DNA of 53,937 nt, taken from assembly GCA_046759445.1 (NCBI GenBank), contig JBHICG010000016.1, positions 1 to 53,937 of the forward strand, given 5' to 3'. Source of the DNA: Candidatus Scalinduaceae bacterium (GTDB lineage: Bacteria; Planctomycetota; Brocadiia; Brocadiales; Scalinduaceae). This document shows positions 25,671 through 34,995 of the stretch, one piece after another. The translations under genes and the position numbers were made by a program. Numbering within the stretch: the first letter of the stretch is position 1; every line of letters begins with the position of its first letter. The notes beneath the pieces were generated by a model that ran no database searches, was not told where the DNA came from, and was given only the letters and a program-made list of their open reading frames with translations.

Positions 25671-26759
25671 TTAATATAATGGTAAAGTAATTGTAAATTC
25701 TGTACCTTTTTTAAGGTTTCTAAATCTTACGCTGCCTCCGTGAGCTTGAACAATATTCTGCGTAACAGCCAAACCTACACCGGTTCCACCACTCTTAGTC
25801 GAATAAAATAGATTAAAAACATTATCATGTTCTTCCTCTGGTATTCCAGGTCCTGTATCACTTATAACTATTTTTACGTTATCATCCTTTTGTGTAACTT
25901 TTAAATCTATATTCCCTCCACCCGGCATAGCTTCTATAGCATTTATTATTATATTCAACAATGCCTGTTTCAGTTTATCCCTGTCTACTAAAATTTGCGA
26001 ACATCTTCCCTTTAACTTTAAACGTATGCTAATCCCATTCAAGTCTGCATGAGGATTAACAAGGTTCAGTAATTCTTCAACAATATTGCCAACATCTTCA
26101 TATTTACGATTTAAACCCCCTGATCTTGAAAATTCCAAGCAATCCGACATCAGTTTGTTTAATCTATTTATCTCTTCCTTAACCACTTTTACAACTTCAT
26201 ACAGTTCTTTTTTAGATTTTAATCCATCTTTGTTAATCTCTCTTTCTAACAATAACATTTGAATAGTAATGGCATTTAAAGGATTCTTAATCTCATGTGC
26301 CAGTTCATTACTAAACTGTCCCAGTGTAGATAGTGTCTTAATCTTTATAAACTCATCATTGAACATCTTTCTCTCAGTAATATCACGTATGACACCCACC
26401 ACATATTCTATCTCGCCTTTTTGATCCTTTATGGAAGAGTAATTAGTTATTACCCACTTTTCGCTTCCATCTTTTGTCTTGATAACATATTCGCGTGATA
26501 TCTTGGAACGCTTTCCCTTAAAAATCTCAAGGCCAGGACATAATGATAGAGACGATCCATCTGAACAATGGCATTTAAAAACATCAAGACAGTTATAATC
26601 GTTACTTATAATTTCCTCTTTTGAAATACCTCCTATTCTTTCACAGGCAGCATTAAAAACGATTATTTTCCTGTTCTTATCGAATACAAACACACCATCA
26701 TTCAGGTTTTGTAATGCAATTTCTTGTATATGCCTTTTATTTTTTATAACATCTGTCAT
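25671..26759 (-). CDS. Cytoplasmic PAS-domain histidine kinase
   Basis: PAS domain with CLDVFKCHCSDGSSLSLCP; H-box AHEIKNPL; N, G1 (DTGPG) and G2 (GTGVGL) boxes; no TM segment. Confidence 0.93.
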   Translation of the reverse strand: MTDVIKNKRHIQEIALQNLNDGVFVFDKNRKIIVFNAACERIGGISKEEIISNDYNCLDVFKCHCSDGSSLSLCPGLEIFKGKRSKISREYVIKTKDGSEKWVITNYSSIKDQKGEIEYVVGVIRDITERKMFNDEFIKIKTLSTLGQFSNELAHEIKNPLNAITIQMLLLEREINKDGLKSKKELYEVVKVVKEEINRLNKLMSDCLEFSRSGGLNRKYEDVGNIVEELLNLVNPHADLNGISIRLKLKGRCSQILVDRDKLKQALLNIIINAIEAMPGGGNIDLKVTQKDDNVKIVISDTGPGIPEEEHDNVFNLFYSTKSGGTGVGLAVTQNIVQAHGGSVRFRNLKKGTEFTITLPLY

Positions 26760-26847
26760 GTCTTAAGTTACATAAATACTTGTTTTGTTAATTTAAATGA
26801 TATTATGGTTTGTATTATTTGTCAAACAAATCAGCGTCCGTTCGTCA

Positions 26848-27849
26848 TTATTTTAATGGATTCTTACCAGATTTTATCAGCTCTACTACCTTTTTAACTC
26901 GTAAAATACGTTCAGTGCTTGCAGGATGACTGCGGAGAAAGCTTTTAGAACGGCTCTTGGGGATTTCAAGTGCGAATCGCTTCCAGAGTTCTACACCCGT
27001 TTCTATGTCGTAACCTGCACTGTGAGCATAAACGAGCCCCAGAAAATCTGCCTCTCTTTCATTTCCCCTGCTATATGGTGCGTATAGAGCCTGAGTTGTA
27101 AGGGGAGCAAAAGGTCCCGTCAGACCTCCCAATGCCCCACACAACGCGGCTATACTCATATTCTTGGGAAGGTGTTTTGAAATAATATGAGCTAACTCAT
27201 GCCCCACTATAACAGCCAACTCGTCATTATCCTTTACAAAGTGAACCATCCCTGTCGTAAACTGAATGCCCGTAAACTTAGCATAAGCATTAATCTTACC
27301 GGTTTGTTTAAGCGTAATCCTTACGTATGGTATCTTCTCTGGTTTTAGTTTAAAAGACAACTTGATGCCATCTCTTTCTATAATAATTATGGTGGGTTTG
27401 CCAGCCGTAAACACGACTTGGTTTTTATCATTAATCTCTTCGCCATCTATTTCTTTTATGAGGTCACCAGATTTGATACCTGCTGCCCCAGCTATACTAT
27501 TATCGGCTACCGCTATTACAACACAGCCTTCTTCAGTTTGAAGACTAAACAACTTAGCAATTTCCTCTGAATTATCCTCTATTAGAACTCCTATCACCGC
27601 TCTTGTTTTTAATGACCCTTCAGGTAACACACTGAGGATGTTTAATCCCACATTCCACGTTCTGATCCAGTCCTTGATATACATCTCTGTTGCAAGTGTC
27701 TCTATCTCTTCCTCTACTTTTTTCAGTTCTTCTTTGGATATTCGAGGACCGGTATTGGCACAACCATTAATAATAATTAAACAAAGAACCAACACCGTTG
27801 ATGTTACAATTCCAAAGTAATTAACTTTAGTTTGTTTATGCATATACAA
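26848..27849 (-). CDS. M48-family metallopeptidase lipoprotein with PDZ domain
   Basis: Lipobox INGC, PDZ (AGIKSGDLI), INAYA, GHELAH, EREAD, SHPASTER. Confidence 0.9.
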   Translation of the reverse strand: MYMHKQTKVNYFGIVTSTVLVLCLIIINGCANTGPRISKEELKKVEEEIETLATEMYIKDWIRTWNVGLNILSVLPEGSLKTRAVIGVLIEDNSEEIAKLFSLQTEEGCVVIAVADNSIAGAAGIKSGDLIKEIDGEEINDKNQVVFTAGKPTIIIIERDGIKLSFKLKPEKIPYVRITLKQTGKINAYAKFTGIQFTTGMVHFVKDNDELAVIVGHELAHIISKHLPKNMSIAALCGALGGLTGPFAPLTTQALYAPYSRGNEREADFLGLVYAHSAGYDIETGVELWKRFALEIPKSRSKSFLRSHPASTERILRVKKVVELIKSGKNPLK

Positions 27850-28230
27850 TATACCGGTGATTTGTTATTTTAAAAAATGTTTGGAGTAAATAAGTGAAGA
27901 ATACCATAAAAAAAGCCCATTGTCGAGCTTTGCAACAAGAAATGCTGAATCGGATATCTTATTCTTAGATTATCATGGCACTTACTATCTAAAAGAATTA
28001 AGTATTTTTGGACGTGTTCGTTACATTTGAAGTGACGGATATACTAAACTAGTTATTCGTTAGCAATTGCGTTTACCGTGTGCAATAAGATGACATCTGC
28101 TTTAGTAACCATGCCCATAAATATTATGACTATTCATCCTTGTTCACGGAAAGAGGTTTTTTGGAATTGTTTTTATAAGTGTAGAAACTATATTTTAATA
28201 GGTAGGTCCTAAATAATCATAATATGATTA

Positions 28231-30057
28231 TCATTCCACAGTAACACTCTTGGCCAGATTTCGTGGTTTATCAACATCATAGCCTTTCATAACTGACATA
28301 TGATAAGCCAATAATTGAAGTGGAACCACGGATAGAATTGGTGTTAATGCATCTATAGTTTCAGGAATATAAAAAACATGATCTACCCTTCCTGAAATTT
28401 CACTATCTCCCTCACTTGCTATTGCTACCACCTTGCCGCCACGTGTACGAATCTCCTCAATATTACTTAAGACCTTTGTATAAACCTTATCTTTAGTAGC
28501 AATAAAAACTACAGGCATATCTTTGTCTACTAGTGCAATAGGCCCGTGTTTCATTTCCGCAGCCGGATACCCCTCTGCATGTATGTACGTTATCTCTTTT
28601 AACTTTAGTGCACCTTCCAGAGCAACTGGATAGTTATAACCTCTCCCTAAATAAAGAAAATTTTTAGCACATTTATAGAGCCGTGCAATTTCTACAATTT
28701 GGTCTTCCTTATCAAGAATCTTTTGTATTTGTTCAGGAACATTTCTCAATTTATCTATTAAATTATGATTCAACATTTCTTTCTTATCCCTAAGCCGTGC
28801 CAGGAAAAGAGTTAAGAGGTACAAGGCAGTAATTTGAGATGTAAACGCCTTTGTTGAAGCTACACCTATTTCAGGTCCAGCATGAAGATAGATACCACAG
28901 TCTGCTTCTCTTGCAATACTACTACCAACCACGTTACAGATAGCAAGAACTGTTGCACCTTTCTTCTTAGCCTCACTGATTGCCGCTAAAGTATCCGCCG
29001 TTTCACCTGATTGACTTATTGCAATCAACATTGTTCCTTCTTCAATGACTGGATTTCTATACCTGAATTCTGAAGCATATTCAACCTCAACGGGTATTGC
29101 CAAACTATCCTCAATCATGTATTCTCCAATAAGCCCAGCATGCCAGGAAGTACCACAAGCTACTATTATAATACGCTTAATAGATCGGAGTACTTTCTCC
29201 TTGTCCTTTAAACCTCCCAAATGAACAAGATTTTTATCCTTTTCAAACCTGCCCAGCATTACATCACGCAAGCTTTGAGGTTGCTCATGTATTTCCTTAA
29301 GCATAAAATGTTCATAAACACCCTTTTCTATTTTATCAATATTCCACTGCACCTCATTTACCTTCTTCGATACCGGTGCATTATTAATATCTGTGATCAC
29401 CATGTTTCCCCTTGTCAAAACAGCAAGCTCATTATCATCCAAATAAACAACATTCTTGGTGTGTTTCAGTATAGCGGCAACATCAGAAGTAATAAAATAC
29501 TCTCTTTTACCAATACCTATAATTAATGGACTCCCTCGCCTTGCAGCAATTAACTTATCAGGTTCATCCAAGCTAGCAACAGCTAATCCGTAAGCACCCT
29601 CAACTTCTCTTAAAGCACATCTTACGGCATCTTCCAAGTTGTCGTTGAAATAACTTTCTATAAGGTGCGCAATCACCTCAGAATCTGTTTCACTTTTTAA
29701 TTTATGCCCCTCCTTCTCAAGTTTATCCCTTAGCTTGATATAGTTTTCAATAATCCCATTATGGACAACTGCAATCCTGCTTGAACAATCAACATGAGGA
29801 TGCGCATTTTCAATTGTCGGAGCTCCATGTGTGGCCCACCTGGTATGAACTATACCGACTGAGCTTCCATTTAATTTGCCTTTTATCTTTTTTTCTAATT
29901 CACATATTCTGCCAACAGATTTTTCACAAATTACCCCCTCATCTTCAATTACGGCTATTCCTGCCGAATCATAACCTCTGTACTCAAGTTTTTTTATCCC
30001 ATCAATAAGTACGGCCTTTGCTTCTTTTTTTCCAATATAACCAACAATGCCACACAT
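28231..30057 (-). CDS. glmS: Glutamine-fructose-6-phosphate transaminase
   Basis: MCGIVG start at ATG 30057; HTRWATHG, SQSGETADT, PRNLAKSVTVE. Confidence 0.98.
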   Translation of the reverse strand: MCGIVGYIGKKEAKAVLIDGIKKLEYRGYDSAGIAVIEDEGVICEKSVGRICELEKKIKGKLNGSSVGIVHTRWATHGAPTIENAHPHVDCSSRIAVVHNGIIENYIKLRDKLEKEGHKLKSETDSEVIAHLIESYFNDNLEDAVRCALREVEGAYGLAVASLDEPDKLIAARRGSPLIIGIGKREYFITSDVAAILKHTKNVVYLDDNELAVLTRGNMVITDINNAPVSKKVNEVQWNIDKIEKGVYEHFMLKEIHEQPQSLRDVMLGRFEKDKNLVHLGGLKDKEKVLRSIKRIIIVACGTSWHAGLIGEYMIEDSLAIPVEVEYASEFRYRNPVIEEGTMLIAISQSGETADTLAAISEAKKKGATVLAICNVVGSSIAREADCGIYLHAGPEIGVASTKAFTSQITALYLLTLFLARLRDKKEMLNHNLIDKLRNVPEQIQKILDKEDQIVEIARLYKCAKNFLYLGRGYNYPVALEGALKLKEITYIHAEGYPAAEMKHGPIALVDKDMPVVFIATKDKVYTKVLSNIEEIRTRGGKVVAIASEGDSEISGRVDHVFYIPETIDALTPILSVVPLQLLAYHMSVMKGYDVDKPRNLAKSVTVE

Positions 30058-30109
30058 ATTCCAAAACCTCAAATATTATTAGATAAAAAATAAATATATG
30101 ATCATTTAG

Positions 30110-30126
30110 AGCAAAAATTTTGCCCA
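30110..30126 (-). promoter_or_regulatory. Possible sigma-54 promoter of glmS
   Basis: Minus strand GGGCAAAATTTTTGCT (GG-N10-GC); palindrome ATGTTG-N8-CAACAT at about 30234-30253. Confidence 0.35.
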
Positions 30127-30367
30127 AAAAACACGACATTTTGCATACGAAAACAAATTTGACGTAAGCCTAGTTAATGCAAGAAGTTATTAATTCTAAC
30201 TAAAACAGTTTTTAGCCGCTTAAGAAAAATCATATGTTGACAAAAACCAACATTTATTTTTGTTATATTCTTAACACATTGAGATTATAGGAGATATAAA
30301 CATTCAACAAAATTCAACAATTTGTATATTTTATTGTGGTTTAGTTACAAAATTATGTGTTAAGAAA

Positions 30368-30517
30368 ACCTAAATTGAGCGATTTTGTAGCCGCAACCTT
30401 GAGGTTGCGCAACTTACGTGGATCCATCAAATGATGAGAAACGCAGGCGGTCAATCTTAAGATTGCCTTAAGCCAGCGGCTACAATATCATATAATATAA
30501 AATCGCTCAATTTAGGT
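30368..30517. mobile_element. MITE-like element (perfect 19-bp TIR) carrying a GTAG-type REP doublet
   Basis: ACCTAAATTGAGCGATTTT ... AAAATCGCTCAATTTAGGT, AAA on both flanks; contains GTAGCCGCAACCTTGAGGTTGCG ... GCGGCTAC. Confidence 0.85.
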
Positions 30518-30528
30518 AAAAATTTAAA

Positions 30529-31041
30529 TTATTCAAGCAAAAGCAGGCCAAAATATTTAACATACTCATTTCTATGTTCAAGAAAGTTTATTTCAAAACC
30601 ATTGTTGCGAACAGTTTTAAAGACATCAATGCCACATGCTTCCATAGATGGTCTTGCATCCTTTGGTTTAAGACAAGATTCATCAACGTCACATTCAACA
30701 CATAATGGACACGGACCTGCACTTAAGACAAAAGCCTTATAAAATCCTTCAAAATTCGCTTTGTGCTCAATACTGAGAAGCATTTCTTTAAATCCCTTCC
30801 CTGGAGGCTGACCTTCTATCAAAATGGCCATCTCATAACAATCTAGTAATTCATTGGTTTCCTTGTATGAAGGCGTAAATGGCGGGCAGGTCTTAAATTT
30901 ACCATACTTTGGACAACCATAACGGCATTTTAATTGAACCCAGGGCTCAACTACAACACTTTTTATAGAAATCATTCTCGAATCAGTTGCACCTAATTTA
31001 TTCGCTTCATTGAACAATAACTCTATTTTTTTTTTATTCAT
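30529..31041 (-). CDS. DUF2284-family Cys-rich (predicted metal-binding) protein
   Basis: CRYGCPKYG...CPP; AGPCPLCVEC...C...RPSMEACGIDV. Confidence 0.88.
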   Translation of the reverse strand: MNKKKIELLFNEANKLGATDSRMISIKSVVVEPWVQLKCRYGCPKYGKFKTCPPFTPSYKETNELLDCYEMAILIEGQPPGKGFKEMLLSIEHKANFEGFYKAFVLSAGPCPLCVECDVDESCLKPKDARPSMEACGIDVFKTVRNNGFEINFLEHRNEYVKYFGLLLLE

Positions 31042-31163
31042 AGCTATTACACAAACACCTACTTCAAGATAATATTTCTGTATTTACAAAATGTCAACAT
31101 GAAAGTTCAGTTTGACAGTATCATCTTCTTATGATAAATTAGCCATCGAGAGGTACCAGTACA

Positions 31164-32162
31164 ATGGAATTCACTCTAAATCAAATAAACGAAATCATTG
31201 GTGGCAGGCTACAAGGAAATGGCAACTTAATCATAACTGGTGTTTCTAGTATTGAAAACTCAAATACAGGCGATATAACCTTCATTAAGGATGAACAGTA
31301 TGTAAAAAGAATATCCAAAATAAATGCCTCTGCAGTCATCGTTCATAGGCCCATAAAGGATTCTAATAAGGAATTAATTATAGTAGACAACCCTTTTTTG
31401 GCATTTACAAAATTATTAAGTGTTATATCAGAGCAGAAACAACTACAACCACGTAATATACATTCAACAGCCGTAATTGCAAAAGACACTTCCCTTGGTA
31501 AAAATATATCAATAGGAGCAAATGTCGTAATTGGTGAAAAAACGAATATAGGCAATAATGTCACAGTATATCCTGGCGTCTTTATAGGGAAGGATTGTAA
31601 GATTGGTGATCATTCAACTATATATCCAAATGTAACAATCAGGGAAGAAGTCACAATAGGTAAGCGTGTAATAATTCATTCTGGCACAACTATTGGTGGA
31701 GACGGATTTGGATATCTTCAAATTGAACGTAAACACGTAAAGATCCCACAGATAGGAACCGTTGAAATTAGAGATGATGTTGAAATTGGTTCTAACGTAA
31801 CAATAGATCGCGCAACACTCGATAAAACTATCATTAGTACTGGCGTTAAAATAGATAACCATTCACACATAGCGCATAACGTGTTTATTGGAGAGGACAC
31901 CATGCTTATCGCCTATGCAAAAATCGCTGGAGGAGCAAAGATAGGTAAAAATGTAATGATTGCAGAGGATGTAGGCATAACGGATCACGCAGAAATTGGA
32001 GACAACAGTATAATTGGAGGCGGTTCTAATGTGTACAAAAGTCTCAAACCAGGCTCAATAGTTTGGGGTTCACCAGCAAAACCAATTAACTTAGAGAAAA
32101 AAATACAAGTATTAATCAAGAAACTTCCAGACATTTACAAGAAAACAAAAAACATCTCCTGA
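31164..32162 (+). CDS. lpxD: UDP-3-O-(3-hydroxyacyl)glucosamine N-acyltransferase
   Basis: Hexapeptide repeats; IGGDGFGY, KIPQIG, TIDRATL, KIDN...HN. Confidence 0.95.
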   Translation: MEFTLNQINEIIGGRLQGNGNLIITGVSSIENSNTGDITFIKDEQYVKRISKINASAVIVHRPIKDSNKELIIVDNPFLAFTKLLSVISEQKQLQPRNIHSTAVIAKDTSLGKNISIGANVVIGEKTNIGNNVTVYPGVFIGKDCKIGDHSTIYPNVTIREEVTIGKRVIIHSGTTIGGDGFGYLQIERKHVKIPQIGTVEIRDDVEIGSNVTIDRATLDKTIISTGVKIDNHSHIAHNVFIGEDTMLIAYAKIAGGAKIGKNVMIAEDVGITDHAEIGDNSIIGGGSNVYKSLKPGSIVWGSPAKPINLEKKIQVLIKKLPDIYKKTKNIS

Positions 32163-32167
32163 CAAAC

Positions 32168-33100
32168 CTACAAAAATACCTCAATTTTCGCTTCCTTAAT
32201 TAGACTCTTTACTAGGTGTGAGATTTCTATTTCTGAATACAAAATGTTGACCATCTCCTTTACCTCATCATAGCTAATTTCTTTACCTTCTTTCCTGTCA
32301 ATTACCTTTATAATATTATATCCAAATGGTGTTTTTAAAGGTTCACTTACCTCACCTACTTTCAGCGAAAACGCAGCTTTTGTAAATGACTCAACTACTG
32401 GACTTCTTCGTTCAAGGAAACCAATGTCACCACCTTTTTCGGAAGAAGGATGATCAGAATATTTTTTTGCAAGTTCGGCAAAATCAGCATTCTTGTCTAT
32501 TTGCTTTCTTATATTTTCAATCTTTTGTCTAGCTTTTTCAAGTTCAGTTTCTGTTTCCATTTTTCTTGTATCAACTAAAATGAGGCTCACTTTCACTTTC
32601 TCACCATTAAAAAAGCTCTTGTTTGCTTCAAAAAAGTCTTTCTTAACATCTTCATCAATATCTTTAAACAAATATTTCAACAAAACAAGTCTTTCCTTTA
32701 CTTCCTTTTCAAAACCTTTAATATTAGAACCCTGAGATTCCAATATTTCCTCAAATGTTGTTCCAGAATTGCTTGCATTAAGTCTATATTTTTCCACCAC
32801 GTTTTGTATTTCTTTATTACTTACCTCGATATCTAAACCCTCAATAAAACTTTTAAGTAATCTATTTTTTATTAATCGATCAAGTATTTGCATTTGAGTA
32901 GAGCGTGAGGTATCTTGGTTTAGATTTTTAAGAACATTCAATATAATATCAAGGTCTTTCCGAAGAATCTTTTCACCATTAACTACGGCAATAACATCTT
33001 CCTCTTTTTCAACCTCTACATTTTCGTTTGCTAAAATCAACCCTCTACAATGAAAAACAAATAAAGTACACAAAAGTATAATTAGAAACTTCTTAAGCAT
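32168..33100 (-). CDS. Parvulin-type peptidyl-prolyl isomerase (PrsA/SurA-like foldase)
   Basis: Signal peptide, AVVNGEKI, FAELAKKYSD..S.EKGGDIG, KTPFGYNII. The two usual parvulin His positions appear substituted (SLILV, GYNII). Confidence 0.9.
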   Translation of the reverse strand: MLKKFLIILLCTLFVFHCRGLILANENVEVEKEEDVIAVVNGEKILRKDLDIILNVLKNLNQDTSRSTQMQILDRLIKNRLLKSFIEGLDIEVSNKEIQNVVEKYRLNASNSGTTFEEILESQGSNIKGFEKEVKERLVLLKYLFKDIDEDVKKDFFEANKSFFNGEKVKVSLILVDTRKMETETELEKARQKIENIRKQIDKNADFAELAKKYSDHPSSEKGGDIGFLERRSPVVESFTKAAFSLKVGEVSEPLKTPFGYNIIKVIDRKEGKEISYDEVKEMVNILYSEIEISHLVKSLIKEAKIEVFL

Positions 33101-33112
33101 CTTTTCTCCTTT

Positions 33113-34111
33113 CTACTTTTTACATCCCATAATTAAGCCTGAATCTAAGCTCAATTTTATTTTCTTTATATTTTGGAATCCAGCCCTTTTTAGCCATTGT
33201 ATCATCTCTTCTCCTGTATAAGACGAACCTCCGTTTGTTCCAACCAACATATTCAGACTGAATAATGCGCCAAAAAGAGGTTTCGTTTTTGAAGAATCTA
33301 AAATAAATTCTTGGATAAAGACTATACCTCTTTTTTTTAAAGAATCACAGCATTTTTTTAATATTATCAGATTTTCGCTAGCTTTATAAATATGCAGTAG
33401 GTTTGATATAAAAACAATATCATATAGTTCTTTACCAATATCATCCTTAAGACAATCTCCTGCCTGTGTCATAACACGTTTTTTCAATCCAGATTTTCCA
33501 ATATACTCCTTGGCTATTTCAATAACGTCAGGAAGATCAAAGACAACAGCCTTCATCTCGGGATTATCTTCTACGAACCTCACTGCATACGTGCCTTGTC
33601 CTCCACCAAGGTCTAAAAGATTATGGTAATTCTCAAATTTTACTTTTTTACATATTTCCTCAACTTGTACAATACCAATATTATGCATAGCCTTGATAAA
33701 TTCCCTTAATCGAAGTTCATCCACTTTTTCTCCCGCATCATCATAAGCGGTAGGTCTGCCCGTTTTGACTGCAACACTTAACCTTGACCAATAATCCCAT
33801 AAATTATGAAAATGATGTATCCTGTCACCCTGGTACAGAGGCATATCCTTTACTAAATATCTATTGGACAATTTTGTATTCTTGTAAACGCCCCCAATCT
33901 TCCTTAAAAGATTAAGAGAAACAAGTACATTTAGAATCATTTCTGTTGCCCGGCGGTTGGTCTTAAGCCTTATTGAAACAGTCTTGCAGCTTTTACCCCT
34001 GCCTTTGAGTAAAGTAAATAAATCCATCTCAACCGCAACAAAAAGAACCTGCGCCTTCCAGTAGCTATAGCTTAATTCATTAAGATATTGAATATCGTTA
34101 TAGTCATTCAT
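33113..34111 (-). CDS. SAM-dependent O-methyltransferase with dimerisation domain (BzaC-like by context)
   Basis: N-terminal AVEMDLF wHTH, LDLGGGQG, FDLPDV, SNLLH, LNMLVGT; likely start ATG 34111. Confidence 0.88.
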   Translation of the reverse strand: MNDYNDIQYLNELSYSYWKAQVLFVAVEMDLFTLLKGRGKSCKTVSIRLKTNRRATEMILNVLVSLNLLRKIGGVYKNTKLSNRYLVKDMPLYQGDRIHHFHNLWDYWSRLSVAVKTGRPTAYDDAGEKVDELRLREFIKAMHNIGIVQVEEICKKVKFENYHNLLDLGGGQGTYAVRFVEDNPEMKAVVFDLPDVIEIAKEYIGKSGLKKRVMTQAGDCLKDDIGKELYDIVFISNLLHIYKASENLIILKKCCDSLKKRGIVFIQEFILDSSKTKPLFGALFSLNMLVGTNGGSSYTGEEMIQWLKRAGFQNIKKIKLSLDSGLIMGCKK

Positions 34112-34131
34112 ATAGTTTGAGAGAGACACAT

Positions 34132-34150
34132 CCAATACTGTTCGGCACGA
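34132..34150. repeat. 19-bp sequence CCAATACTGTTCGGCACGA, probable element end
   Basis: Identical at 53882-53900. Confidence 0.75.
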
Positions 34151-34254
34151 AAAACGTGTGCTCTCAAGAAGACATCATTTTAGTAGTTTTAGCAGGGTTT
34201 TAGGATGTCATTCTGATCGACCGAAGGGAGAGAAGAATCTAATTGTATAGGTAC

Positions 34255-34995
34255 AATAAAGGGGACAGGCTACTTTTTAACATATTTTCCCTTCTTCTTT
34301 CTCGGCCTTCCCCGTGGTCTTATAGAAGATTCCAATCCAAGTTCTCTACTAATCTGTTTTTGCCACTTACAATTTCCATAGGGTGATTGACGATTAACAC
34401 TCTGACGAAATTTCTCTAACTCCTTTTCTGTAACTGATTCATCTACATATCTATCCCATCCATCTGGTAACTCTAAGGAAACTTCATCTACTAATAATCG
34501 TGGCCGTTTACCTATTATCTCTCCATGGGATGACCATGGCCAATCCTCTGCCGACTTTACCAATCCAGCTCTTACTGGATTTCCTTCAACATATCTTAAC
34601 ACCATTAATAAATGAATATCTCCTGTATAATAAAGCTTTTAAATCGCCCCTGCCATACATGACCACTAGTTCCATAATATCTATGATAGCGTCTAACACG
34701 GCTTGTCATCAACCATTGCATCCATTTACTCAAATCTCCAGCTTGAGCAGGCATTAAAATTACGTGAAAATGATTCGGCATTAAACAATAGGCAAGTAAC
34801 TTTAGAGAATATTGCTTTTTTGCCTCTTTCATTAAACCAAAAAACGCTTCATAATCTTTATCTTCATGAAAGACACTCTGCTTGCCGTTCCCACGATTTA
34901 ACACGTGATACACAAGACCGTCAGATAAACCTCTCGGAATTCTTGGCATCTTTAGCACCTTTACCAGCAAAAAGTAGCCTGTTGTCCTCTTTATT
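34255..34995 (-). mobile_element. RAYT element with inverted ends
   Basis: Left end AATAAAGGGGACAGGCTACTTTTT; right end AAAAAGTAGCCTGT(TGT)CCTCTTTATT. Confidence 0.8.
34270..34949 (-). pseudogene. REP-associated tyrosine transposase (Y1 HUH), frameshifted
   Basis: MPRIPRG...YHVLNRGN...YCLMPNHFH...HVWQGRFKS, then a 1-bp deletion near 34620; the second frame continues DIHLLMVLRYVEGNPVRAG...WSS. Confidence 0.88.
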
